Shown: piece by piece, positions 9,423 to 19,227 of the stretch
Layout: the number at the start of each line of letters is the position of its first letter
Position numbering within the stretch: the stretch's first letter is position 1
Made by a program: the position numbers and the translations under genes
Notes under the pieces: model-generated
What the model was told of the DNA's origin: nothing
Database searches by the model: none
What the model saw: the letters and a program-made list of their open reading frames with translations, nothing else
Source of the DNA: an uncultured bacterium
GTDB taxonomy: Bacteria > Bacillota_I > Bacilli_A > RFN20 > CAG-826
DNA length: 64,000 bases
Assembly (NCBI GenBank): GCA_949293255.1
Contig: CASFCL010000003.1
Span: forward strand, 10,042-74,041
Reading direction: 5' to 3'

Positions 9423-11584
9423 TGAGAGTTAAAAAATACCGTTTAAGGAAATTGCTAGCTGTTGAATTATTTGCTTTTTCCTGCTCGCTTGCTTATAGCG
9501 ATTGGAGGATTCCTTCTAATAATTCTCAAATGCCTACACCATTAAAGCAAGATTCAGTTTGCTATGTTAAACGAAATGGTTCTATACTTGGTTATTTTGT
9601 ATCTCTTTCGGGAGCAATGAAATATTGCTATCAAAATAATGAGAATGATTCGATATATGTTATTCCGGGAGGAACAAATGCTTGTAATACAATTACGATA
9701 GAAAACGAAACTTTAAATATAGAAGCTGGAGACTCTTTAATTTTACCTCACACAGGTGAATATTGGGGAGATACTCAAAGCTCAAATGATCAAAATAATT
9801 CAAACGCATCAGTTTCTTTTGGAAATTCTACTTATAAGAAAATACAACTTAATTTAGTAAATACAACTATTAACGTTAACGGATTATTAGGTGTCGGTGG
9901 ATTATGGGGAGGACTAAGCTCAAAAAAACATGGTTTTACTGGCGGAAATTATTCTGAAATTATAATGGATAGCTCATCAAAATTAAATATATATGGAAAC
10001 ATGAGGGTTTATGGTTATATTGGAAAAAGTACAAATTTTACTTCTACAATCTCGATAAATGTTTATTCAGGCGGAAGTGTGTCAGAACCTCTAGTTGTTT
10101 ATGACTTTGAAGGTGGAACTAATACAGTAACAGGTTTAATGGGAAAAGCATTCTTTTTTAATTGCTATGACATGCCATCAATTGAAGTTCCGATGTTATT
10201 AAATTATGGATCAACTTTAGTTGGAAAAGCAGCAATATACATGAGTGATGCTCATAGGTATACTGATGGTACAATCTTTTCAACATCAAGCGCAGCTTTT
10301 TTAACCGCTAACTCTTCTGATGCGTCACTTTTATGGGACTATAATAGAAACTCAACTTCATATGCTCATACAAATTACTTAAATCATAAAACAACATTAA
10401 CAACATACGGAAATATTACATTTAATAAATTGGTGGTAAGTATCTTTTTCCTTATTAACTATACCGTGGATTCATCTGACTATTTTTTACCGGTGAGTTC
10501 AATGTACTCTTTTATAGTAAATGGAACTTTAAATATTAATAATAAAATACAATTTTTACCAGGAGCTTCTGTCAAGATTAATGAAACAGGTTTTGTATAT
10601 ATAAACGCAAATGTGGTTGCTCATGAAAACAACAATTTAACAATTGCAGAGCACAATGTTTCCTCTACTAGAGCAGAAATCATTAATAATGGAACGATTG
10701 TACTAAATTCTGGCTTTCAAGGATATATACAACCTGAAAACAGCGATTATACCTCTATGGTAGTAACTGGAGGAAATTATTCTTCAAGTGTTTCTACATG
10801 TAATGTTAAAACTGGGGGAAAGGAATATGAAGCGGTATCATTTTCTTCAATAATTAAAGAAGAAACATCAGACACTAACTTACAAACCAATTCTTATTAT
10901 ACTTCCAATGCTTCTTTAACAAATTCATTTTATCGTCTTTATGGAGGTCAAACAGCTTCTATAACATTCAATACTATTGAAGAAACAGGAGATTTTTATT
11001 ATTCTCCAGTATTTTATGTTGATGTGTCTTTTTCTTCATCTGAACTTACTTTTTCGTATGTAGTTACTTCTCCTACAACATTATACTTACCTATAGGTTC
11101 ATCTTATAGCATTTATAAAGATGATGATGATATCACTGTGAATAGAATTATTTTAGGCTCAACCCAACTCGACCTCCTTAATCCTACATCTCAAACTCTT
11201 TCAAATACAATAACAGCTGATGTATATCCAACATTTGAAAGAGAATCAACACCTATTAAAAGCATTACTTTGTATTCAAATGACGTACCATCTGGAAATT
11301 TAAGTTCTGATGGAGGCCAACTATTTTCAATTTTTATAACTACAGATCCTTCCGATTTAAGTAATTCAAAATATAATAATTTTAGTTGGACTGTATCAAA
11401 TGCTACAACTCCCGCAGTCGCAGATTTTACTAGCGAAGCAATACCTATTGTTGTTGAAAAGAATTCGACGCCGTTCATCAGCACCTCCAGGAATGTTAAA
11501 ATCAAATTATCTGTTTTCGACTTTAAGAGCGGAAACATCATTTCTTCCAATGAGTTTAGCAAACGTCAAGATGGGTGGCGGTAG
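9422..11584 (+). CDS. Cassette 1 large exported Ser/Thr/Asn-rich protein (putative adhesin)
   Basis: Signal-like N-terminus ending AYSDW; shared blocks VCY, IYVIP, YDFEGG, LNYGS. Confidence 0.7.
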   Translation: MRVKKYRLRKLLAVELFAFSCSLAYSDWRIPSNNSQMPTPLKQDSVCYVKRNGSILGYFVSLSGAMKYCYQNNENDSIYVIPGGTNACNTITIENETLNIEAGDSLILPHTGEYWGDTQSSNDQNNSNASVSFGNSTYKKIQLNLVNTTINVNGLLGVGGLWGGLSSKKHGFTGGNYSEIIMDSSSKLNIYGNMRVYGYIGKSTNFTSTISINVYSGGSVSEPLVVYDFEGGTNTVTGLMGKAFFFNCYDMPSIEVPMLLNYGSTLVGKAAIYMSDAHRYTDGTIFSTSSAAFLTANSSDASLLWDYNRNSTSYAHTNYLNHKTTLTTYGNITFNKLVVSIFFLINYTVDSSDYFLPVSSMYSFIVNGTLNINNKIQFLPGASVKINETGFVYINANVVAHENNNLTIAEHNVSSTRAEIINNGTIVLNSGFQGYIQPENSDYTSMVVTGGNYSSSVSTCNVKTGGKEYEAVSFSSIIKEETSDTNLQTNSYYTSNASLTNSFYRLYGGQTASITFNTIEETGDFYYSPVFYVDVSFSSSELTFSYVVTSPTTLYLPIGSSYSIYKDDDDITVNRIILGSTQLDLLNPTSQTLSNTITADVYPTFERESTPIKSITLYSNDVPSGNLSSDGGQLFSIFITTDPSDLSNSKYNNFSWTVSNATTPAVADFTSEAIPIVVEKNSTPFISTSRNVKIKLSVFDFKSGNIISSNEFSKRQDGWR

Positions 11585-11639
11585 TTTTACACTTGTGACA
11601 GGTTTTTAGATATAAATTTGAACATAATTTCAGCTTTAT

Positions 11640-11673
11640 AAATGCGATATTCATCGGAAAAATCGCATTTTTT
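11640..11673 (+). terminator. Terminator between convergent cassettes 1 and 2
   Basis: aaatgcgat/atcgcattt stem with T-tract. Confidence 0.6.
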
Positions 11674-11821
11674 CATTTTTGCAAATTTGGTCTCACATCA
11701 TTTGTTATTAAACAGATTGATTATCTTTGTATTGATGATAAAAGCTATATAAAAAGTGAATAAAAAGTATAAGTTTAATTATTACTATTAAATTAGTAAA
11801 TGTAATATTTTAAAAGAGTAA

Positions 11822-13513
11822 TTAATTTGTCCAATAGGCATTAGAATCAGCGTCTAGTACACTTGTATATGTAGAACTCCCATTAAAGTTAGTTAGATTT
11901 GTTGCACTGGAAATATAACCCTGGGCATTGTATGTGACATTATTAGGAGTAACATCTGGCAACGTTCCAAGAAAACCGGTCTTTAATTTAGATAATATAG
12001 GCATAGAAACGCTAGCTTTTGTAATAAAATTTATTATAGAATTTGCTTTCTCTGTTTTAATAAAACCACCTAAACCATGACTAGAATTATTTGATGAATA
12101 TATGATTCCATTATTTATTAAAACTCCATCTGACATATCTGAAGGATAATATGTATAGTTTGACCACGAATCAAAAATAGTTTCTCTTTGCTGAAAATAA
12201 GAAGGAAAATCACTGCTCTTAATTATACCAGTGTTCCAGTTAAAGTATACCTGTGCACCTTCATCAATATTAATTGAACTCCCAGGCATAATTTTCAGTT
12301 GGACATGAAAGTTATATGTTCCTTCGAATAGATTTAGTCTTAATCTATGAGATAGCGGAAACATTTTTCCACTGGTTGTTATATCATATGCTGCAACTGT
12401 TAATGAAATATCGTTAACAGTCACTCCCCCATAACAATTAACATTTGTATAAGAATTTATATAATGTTCAGCTGAGTAATTATTACTATGCACTGTATGT
12501 GCAAAATAAGAAGAATTAAATTTATAATCTATATAGCCTCCATCAAGAATTTTAATAATTCCAGCCGAAGCTGTTTTTGTTCCATCATTAGAAGCCTCAT
12601 AACCAATTAGGGTAACTTCAGTATTATACATTAAATCCCCGGTTGTAACATATACGCTGGAATAGGCATTTAATAAGGAGCCATAATTTAATATTACATT
12701 TGTATGAGAATTAGGAAAATCAAATAGGTTAATCGGGAAGAAAGTTGAATCTTTTAAAGCATTAGTGATTGTTCCACCGGCGTAATCATAAAAAACTATA
12801 GGTTGATATAGAATACAATTATCGTTAACAATTAGTTTAGAATTATTATTATCTGAAACTGGTTTAATATAACCCCTTAGATCCAAAGTAGGTGTACCTG
12901 TAACATTTCTTTCCAGTACTATAGAAGCTGATGTACCTAATTGGACTTCAGCATATGATGATGTAGTAGCACCAGCTAATCTACCCCCTCTATGGCCTAT
13001 AATCCCTCCGATATTCATTCTTCCATTAATTGTTAGCTTTTGGCCACTTTCAATTCTTAAAATTATTTTTCTATTTGTTGCAATTAAAGCATCAGTTTGG
13101 TCAGCAAAATTATAATTGGAAGGATACCCGGATGATGTATCTAAGGTTTGAGCATAAGTCTCTCCTTCATAAGGTAAAGTCAAAATGTCTGTACTTTCAA
13201 GTGTGTGTGACTCTTTCATAGTAACGAGAGTGTGAGTGTTACTAGAAGAGTCGTCATTATTAAGACTTGGGATTACATACAAAGTATCGTCAATTCCATT
13301 TCCGTAAATATTTTTTAAAGCAGAATCAATATTCGTATAATATGTCGTGCCTTTAGAATTTGTTGAATAACAAACAGCTATTCCAGAATCTGCAGTTGTC
13401 GTCTTAGTAGTAGATGAGAGAACCCAATCAGATACTCCAACAACACATAATAAAATTGGAATAATTAAAAGGAGGAATCTAAACGTTTTGGACGATACTA
13501 ATTTATTGAACAT
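11822..13513 (-). CDS. Cassette 2 large exported protein (putative adhesin)
   Basis: N-terminus ending GVSDW; VCY, LYVIP, YDYAGG, LNYGS shared with 9422-11584. Confidence 0.7.
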   Translation of the reverse strand: MFNKLVSSKTFRFLLLIIPILLCVVGVSDWVLSSTTKTTTADSGIAVCYSTNSKGTTYYTNIDSALKNIYGNGIDDTLYVIPSLNNDDSSSNTHTLVTMKESHTLESTDILTLPYEGETYAQTLDTSSGYPSNYNFADQTDALIATNRKIILRIESGQKLTINGRMNIGGIIGHRGGRLAGATTSSYAEVQLGTSASIVLERNVTGTPTLDLRGYIKPVSDNNNSKLIVNDNCILYQPIVFYDYAGGTITNALKDSTFFPINLFDFPNSHTNVILNYGSLLNAYSSVYVTTGDLMYNTEVTLIGYEASNDGTKTASAGIIKILDGGYIDYKFNSSYFAHTVHSNNYSAEHYINSYTNVNCYGGVTVNDISLTVAAYDITTSGKMFPLSHRLRLNLFEGTYNFHVQLKIMPGSSINIDEGAQVYFNWNTGIIKSSDFPSYFQQRETIFDSWSNYTYYPSDMSDGVLINNGIIYSSNNSSHGLGGFIKTEKANSIINFITKASVSMPILSKLKTGFLGTLPDVTPNNVTYNAQGYISSATNLTNFNGSSTYTSVLDADSNAYWTN

Positions 13514-14129
13514 TTATGTATGCTCCTATATTCAATGATATTCCATTTGTTACATTAATTGATGAATAAATAGATGTATAATCACTAACTTCAAATGTAA
13601 CTAAAATTCCAAAATAGATGGTTTCTATCGATCCGTTTGTATTTAAAATTGAGGCGATATTTAATGTACTGTTTGAAACTGATGGAGTTAAAAATAAGCT
13701 TGTATTACTAGCTCCAAGAATTCCATAGGAAGCTTGAGTTGCAGCAATTTTTGAATTTGTTATTAAATCATAAGACCCTGAATTTTTAATTTCTACTTTA
13801 AAAACAAGTTGATTATTTGTTATAAGTTTAGCGTTATTACATGTATTAAGATTGATTTGATAATGAATTGTTAAAGAAGCCGTATTACCAATTATTCCTT
13901 CGTTAGCAAAACCCTTATCTGTATATACAATATTTGAAATGCCTGAATTGTTGTCCCCTCTAACTGAATTATAAGAAATATAATTCGAAGTATCGATTAC
14001 ATCTCCAACACTCGCATTAACACTAGTAGAAACTCTTGTTCCAGAAAGTGTCCATCCAGCATATCCAACACAAAAAATAGATGTTAAAGAAAGAAACAAT
14101 GGAAGTAGTAATTTAGCTTTCTTAACCAT
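13503..14129 (-). CDS. Cassette 2 small exported subunit, intact RBS and start
   Basis: GGGAG-aaaaca-ATG; MVKKAKLLLPLFLSLTSIFCVGYAGW. Confidence 0.75.
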   Translation of the reverse strand: MVKKAKLLLPLFLSLTSIFCVGYAGWTLSGTRVSTSVNASVGDVIDTSNYISYNSVRGDNNSGISNIVYTDKGFANEGIIGNTASLTIHYQINLNTCNNAKLITNNQLVFKVEIKNSGSYDLITNSKIAATQASYGILGASNTSLFLTPSVSNSTLNIASILNTNGSIETIYFGILVTFEVSDYTSIYSSINVTNGISLNIGAYINVQ

Positions 14130-14279
14130 TGTTTTCTCCCGATAAATTGACATTATTTAAACATTCAAAACAAATATTAGAATCTAAAAATACATCTAAA
14201 TTTTCAAGAATAACAATATTTTGAATTTTTATTTTTTGATTATCCTTTTTAAAATCAAGATTAGTACATAAATGTATAC
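13978..14279 (-). repeat. Right copy of long inverted repeat
   Basis: Reverse complement of 8626-8899, plus 43 bp (14107-14149) carrying the RBS and start codon. Confidence 0.95.
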
Positions 14280-14284
14280 ATTTA
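14259..14284 (-). promoter_or_regulatory. Putative recombination site 2
   Basis: Minus strand taaatGTATACA-TT-TATGTACtaatc; overlaps the perfect 22-bp palindrome 14266-14287. Confidence 0.55.
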
Positions 14285-14294
14285 TGTCGTATTA

Positions 14295-14323
14295 ATAATA
14301 CCACCATTAATATTTTTTGTAAA
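14295..14323 (-). promoter_or_regulatory. Sigma70/SigA-type promoter facing cassette 2
   Basis: TTTACA-17bp-TATTAT with extended TG. Confidence 0.6.
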
Positions 14324-14359
14324 TACCAAATAAAATAGTCAATTTATTCAAGAAAACAA

Positions 14360-14959
14360 TTATTTTTTTGTTTCAATTGATCTTAAAAAATTATAGAAAG
14401 CAGTTCTTGATATACCTAGTCTAGTAGTAGCTTCTTTAACAGTAATTTCTTTATTTTTATATAGCGATGCAACTTCATAATATTCATCAGTAATCACTAA
14501 AGATGGTCTACCAAATTTAACACCTTTTTCTTTAGCGATCTTAATTCCTTCAGCTTGTCTTTGTCTAATGGTATCTCTTTCATTTTCAGCAATAAAAGAT
14601 AGAAGTTGGAGAACAAGATCTGAGACAAATCTTCCCCATAAATTCGAAGGTTTATCTCTTGTATCTAGTATTGGCATATCTATTACAAATATATCAGCTT
14701 TGATATCTTGAGTGATTACTTTCCGTTGTTCTCCAATTTCTCTATAGTTTCTTCCTAACCTATCAATTGATTTGATAACTAGAAGATCTTTTTCTTTTAA
14801 TTTTCTTATTAATCTACGATACGATTTTCTATTAAAATCTTTCCCTGATTGTTTATCGATAAATATGTTTTTATCTTCAATTCCAAGTTTATACATTTCT
14901 TCAACTTGTCTGTCGGTTTTTTGAGTAACTGACGATACTCTTACATATCCATAATTCAT
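14360..14959 (-). CDS. Serine recombinase (resolvase/invertase family) with C-terminal HTH
   Basis: YGYVRVSS..Q..RQ, DKQSGK..NR, SIDRLGR, ER..I.QRQAEGI..AK..GVKFGRP; AAGGAG RBS fits ATG at 14959. Confidence 0.93.
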   Translation of the reverse strand: MNYGYVRVSSVTQKTDRQVEEMYKLGIEDKNIFIDKQSGKDFNRKSYRRLIRKLKEKDLLVIKSIDRLGRNYREIGEQRKVITQDIKADIFVIDMPILDTRDKPSNLWGRFVSDLVLQLLSFIAENERDTIRQRQAEGIKIAKEKGVKFGRPSLVITDEYYEVASLYKNKEITVKEATTRLGISRTAFYNFLRSIETKK

Positions 14960-15366
14960 ATAAAACATTCTCCTTATGAATATATTTTAAAGTAGCAGTT
15001 ATTTATCGTGATTTTATTAGGATGGTTGCGTTTAAAGTAATAAATTTAAATAACTTAAAAGCTTATTTATAAAAAACATATGTTTTCCTACATATTTTAA
15101 TGTTACGCTAAACTTTTGTGTGACAATTGCTATTAATTCTTAGTTTTTACAATGAATTTTAACCATGCATATTTGTGATAAGAATAGTTATGATTTTAGG
15201 CCTCTAGGTCCTGACTTCATAATGACTGTCAGTAGGGAAATCGCCGATTTAATAAATCGTTTTTTATATCAAAAATTTTAAAAGTTAATTAGATATAAAA
15301 TGTTAATATTTAAGTCAATTTATTATTTTTAAATTGAATTAAATCTATAGTATTTTACCATGTTTA

Positions 15367-15392
15367 TTTTTGTATACATTTATATACGAAAG
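15367..15392 (+). promoter_or_regulatory. Putative recombination site 3
   Basis: tttttGTATACA-TT-TATATACgaaag; 9 of 12 arm positions palindromic. Confidence 0.55.
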
Positions 15393-15410
15393 TTAATTAT
15401 TTTCTTACAT

Positions 15411-16061
15411 ATGAATCTAAAACCCATTAAAAATTCACTAAAAATAGTAAATAAAAAAAGCAGCGGAATCTTACTTTTGCTCTCAATTTTTAGCCTTTTT
15501 AGTGTAGGATTTTCATCATGGATTTTAGTCAACGAAAATGAAAATTCAATGTCAGTTAATGTTGATGGAACAGTAGGTGATGTTATTGATCTTACAGGAT
15601 TAGTAACATTAGATACTTCTAATGTAACAATCACTGATTATGGTTATTCAGGGTTTATAAAAAATGGAATATATTCAACATTAGGATATGTTGCTTTACC
15701 AGTTACTATTAATCCAAAAGAAGGTGAAAATTATACACTTTATCCTTCTTTATCTTATACTTGGGATGAAATAACGGAATCAACAGCAGTTGCTTTTAGG
15801 GAGAATTTTTACAGATGTTCATTTGATACAACTTTAGATTATGGAACATCAGTTTTATATGGTACTTTTTCATCAAGTTTAAGTACAAAATATTCTGCAG
15901 CATATTCTTTTGATTATTCATCTAATAGTTCATCATTAGGAACAAATTTTTATATTATTTTTGAACTTGGTCCATTTAGTGAGTCTTTATATGAAAGATT
16001 ATCAGATTCTTCTTTAAGGTTTTCTTTTTCGTTAAATATAGGAGTTGATACAAATGCTTAG
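15411..16061 (+). CDS. Cassette 3 small exported subunit
   Basis: LLSIFSLFSVGFSSWIL...TVGDVIDL; start uncertain. Confidence 0.7.
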   Translation: MNLKPIKNSLKIVNKKSSGILLLLSIFSLFSVGFSSWILVNENENSMSVNVDGTVGDVIDLTGLVTLDTSNVTITDYGYSGFIKNGIYSTLGYVALPVTINPKEGENYTLYPSLSYTWDEITESTAVAFRENFYRCSFDTTLDYGTSVLYGTFSSSLSTKYSAAYSFDYSSNSSSLGTNFYIIFELGPFSESLYERLSDSSLRFSFSLNIGVDTNA

Positions 16062-19000
16062 TATGAAAAATAAAAAGAGAGTTTATAGAAGATCGATATT
16101 TTATTATCTATTTTTCTTTATGCTCTTTTTTGTTACACCTATTGCAATATGTTCATGGATATTATCTGATGTAGTTATTTATGAAAATATTAAGGCTGAT
16201 TTTAAACCTAGTGGTTTAACTGATTATATTAATGGTCTTAGTAGTGGAACAAGTAATTACATTTACGATAATAGTGTGAATTATAATGATGATAATTATC
16301 GAAATGAAAATGCTTCATATTTAGCAACGGCTCAGAGTGCATCTGATACATACGTTTCGAATTATGTTTTAGCTGCTGAAGATGAATCGTCCTATAGAGG
16401 CTACGATATAGATAGCGACTTTACATATATTGGTGGTAAAACAAAAACGATTGAATTAGGAAATCCATTTTCTACAACAACAATTAATAAAAATGTTCAT
16501 TTTACTCATACAAATAGTGAAATTAATTATTCATGGAGCAGTATAAGTTCTTTTTCTGTAAACGATAACGCAGAAGATGAAGCTGGAACATCTAGTAATT
16601 TAAGTTCTAATAGTTTTTTCCAATATAGAGTCTACAATAGTTCTCAATCACGTATGGAGTATCGATACTCTAATAGATTTAATAAAAACGTAAATTTTTA
16701 TTGGGGAATTAATGCAAATTATGATGGAACATCCCATACAAAGCACGGTACAGTAACTGCTATCCATTACTATGGCGACCAAGGTGCCTCTAGGATTACT
16801 GTAACTTCCGCTGTACCTTATGGAAGACTTTATACAGTTAAACTTGTCGGAGATTTACTAATTACTGATAATTCAACCTTATCAATTGGTGCATTAATTG
16901 GAGCAATTTCAACTACATTTTCAGGTGGCGTCATTAATGGGGATTTTGTGTGTTTAGATTTGAATGGCCATACAATTACTATTGACAGTGGTTCAACTTT
17001 AAATGCTTGGGGATATGTAATTGATTCTTCATTAGATGAAAATGGTAATCATTTAGGGCAAATTGTTAATAATGGAACAATTTATACAAGTTTTGTTGTT
17101 GAAGATTATGGTGGAGGTGGTAATACTGTTGGTAGAGGATTCACTAATACAATGCCTTTTTCACTATATTCCTTACCTTATTTAGCTTGCAAAGTAAAGA
17201 CGAATTATGGTGGTAGCATTATTTGTGGAACAATGCTTTATGCTAGTGATACACAAAATAGAACCTTATTAAATTGGATAGGGAATACAAGTAGTTATTT
17301 TATTCAAATGACTACATCTGGAGATTACATTACTATTGATACATATAATAATTGTTCATCGAACATGAACACACATGTTAAAGGATCATCAACACTGCAA
17401 CCATTCCATTCTAATTATTATCTAAACGGTACAATCAATATTAATAGTTTAACGCTTAATTTAAGTGTTTCTGTTATTAGTGCTACTATCAATATGTCTC
17501 AATATCCATTTCAAATTCCTCCATATGCTCGAATTACAATTTCTTCATCTAGCACTATAACTTTACCTATTCATCTAGAGTTGAATCCTGGTTCAACTCT
17601 AGTAGCTTATGAAGGAAGCAAGATAAACTTTACTTCTGTTACTTATCAGACTTCCGCAACTGCCCTGGGAAGTACTAAAGTAATTGCTAGTGGGACATCT
17701 TATGGTGGAATAAGTGTGCCAACTCAGATGCCACCTACTGGGAATACTTCTTTTGCAATTACTGGTGCATCAGGTCAAAGTAACGGCTTATATGGATATA
17801 CATCATCCTATTATACAGATTATGAATCAGCTGAAAAAAATTTGATATTACAAAATAATCCAAGAGTTAAAATTAATAGCACTTTAAACTTTAGCGGTAA
17901 CGGTCATATATTAAGTGGATTAATGTCTTTAGGTGCAGAAACTCTAAATTCAATTACGAATGCAGTAAATCAAGGAAAATTAACTACTTTTTATAGAAAT
18001 GCACAAACATTCGAGAATTTTGGAACAAATACTAGCGATGCTATTTCTTTTGTTAACACAGGTGCTAATCCCGGAAATATTTCTTATGGAGGTTATACTA
18101 TTCAGCCTCTTGCAACTTCAAGCAGTCAAGTTTCTATTAATTATACTGACGCTACAATTGATGATAGCGGAAATAGCGATAGTGAAGCTTTAGTTTTATA
18201 TAAAGTTGTTTCTCCAAGTTCATTTAATGCTAACTTTGATGCTAATACTTATTATGATTTTAGAAATGGTTTTTATTATAATTCAAAAACAAGTAAATAT
18301 TATATTTATAAATTAGTTAGCGGAAGCGGAACGCCTGTAACATCAATAGGAAGGATTCAAACACTTGGTAATTTTGTTGAAGTAGAATCAATAAATAAAG
18401 ACCATAGTGTAACATATAATAGTGCCAAATATTTGTTTTTCGAGGATACTTTTGTTTCCACAAATATATCAAGTCCTTCTACTTCTGGTAATGGTTTATA
18501 TCTTTATGATAATTCAACAAAAGCTTATAATTTGATTAGTAACTTATCAGCAAATTACACATTTGAGGCTAGTGTTCGTAGAAGAAGATATAGAGGTGCA
18601 ACTTCTGTTACAAGTAGTTCAGCTAATACTACTTATGCTGCAAGTGGAACTGCCAGTAAATCCTATATTGCTTGGATTCCAGGAAGTATTACTTATCCTA
18701 CTTCATGGACGAATTTACCTAATTTTGAAGAAGATGCTTATGATGATGTTAGATATACAGGAGAACAAGTTGATCAGGGCACTGTGCCAACAAAAGGTAT
18801 AGTTTATGTTTCTAATGTATCACTTAATTCTTTTACTGTTTCAAATGTAAATACTTCTAGTCAAAGAGTAGATTTAACAGTTATTTCTCAAAGTGCGACA
18901 TATAGTTCTACCTATAATTTAATAGGTACATGCGATATCAGTTATAGCAATGAATCCGGATATACATATTCATATTCCGATCCTTGGCAGACTGATAGCG

Positions 19001-19215
19001 CTTCAAGTGGTTTTCCTGATAGTAGTTGGAAAGCTCCAACAATTGGTACAGGAACAGTTAGTAGAACTCGGTATTTAGATCACTATTATTTTTATAGATA
19101 TTCATATTTTGTTTCAGGCAATTATAACGAGACTGGTGCTAATTTGTATACAAATGTATTAAGTTCTGGGAGCAATATTAAATACACCTCTTCAACAGGC
19201 TTATGGACAAAATAA
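16054..19215 (+). CDS. Cassette 3 large exported protein (putative adhesin)
   Basis: GGAG RBS; N-terminus ending AICSW; LSIGALIG, LNAWGYV, VEDYGGG, TNYGG match paralog blocks. Confidence 0.7.
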   Translation: MLSMKNKKRVYRRSIFYYLFFFMLFFVTPIAICSWILSDVVIYENIKADFKPSGLTDYINGLSSGTSNYIYDNSVNYNDDNYRNENASYLATAQSASDTYVSNYVLAAEDESSYRGYDIDSDFTYIGGKTKTIELGNPFSTTTINKNVHFTHTNSEINYSWSSISSFSVNDNAEDEAGTSSNLSSNSFFQYRVYNSSQSRMEYRYSNRFNKNVNFYWGINANYDGTSHTKHGTVTAIHYYGDQGASRITVTSAVPYGRLYTVKLVGDLLITDNSTLSIGALIGAISTTFSGGVINGDFVCLDLNGHTITIDSGSTLNAWGYVIDSSLDENGNHLGQIVNNGTIYTSFVVEDYGGGGNTVGRGFTNTMPFSLYSLPYLACKVKTNYGGSIICGTMLYASDTQNRTLLNWIGNTSSYFIQMTTSGDYITIDTYNNCSSNMNTHVKGSSTLQPFHSNYYLNGTININSLTLNLSVSVISATINMSQYPFQIPPYARITISSSSTITLPIHLELNPGSTLVAYEGSKINFTSVTYQTSATALGSTKVIASGTSYGGISVPTQMPPTGNTSFAITGASGQSNGLYGYTSSYYTDYESAEKNLILQNNPRVKINSTLNFSGNGHILSGLMSLGAETLNSITNAVNQGKLTTFYRNAQTFENFGTNTSDAISFVNTGANPGNISYGGYTIQPLATSSSQVSINYTDATIDDSGNSDSEALVLYKVVSPSSFNANFDANTYYDFRNGFYYNSKTSKYYIYKLVSGSGTPVTSIGRIQTLGNFVEVESINKDHSVTYNSAKYLFFEDTFVSTNISSPSTSGNGLYLYDNSTKAYNLISNLSANYTFEASVRRRRYRGATSVTSSSANTTYAASGTASKSYIAWIPGSITYPTSWTNLPNFEEDAYDDVRYTGEQVDQGTVPTKGIVYVSNVSLNSFTVSNVNTSSQRVDLTVISQSATYSSTYNLIGTCDISYSNESGYTYSYSDPWQTDSASSGFPDSSWKAPTIGTGTVSRTRYLDHYYFYRYSYFVSGNYNETGANLYTNVLSSGSNIKYTSSTGLWTK

Positions 19216-19227
19216 GGGTGACCTATT

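Noticed and set aside
8626-14279. Inverted repeats as IS or transposon ends
   Set aside because: No transposase; the repeats consist of leader plus N-terminal coding sequence of paralogous genes
14122-14307. 61-aa ORF matching the N-terminus of ORF 8676
   Set aside because: It is a translation of the shared non-coding leader repeat, not a gene
8676-19215. Diversity-generating retroelement
   Set aside because: No reverse transcriptase, and the repeat differences are not adenine-specific
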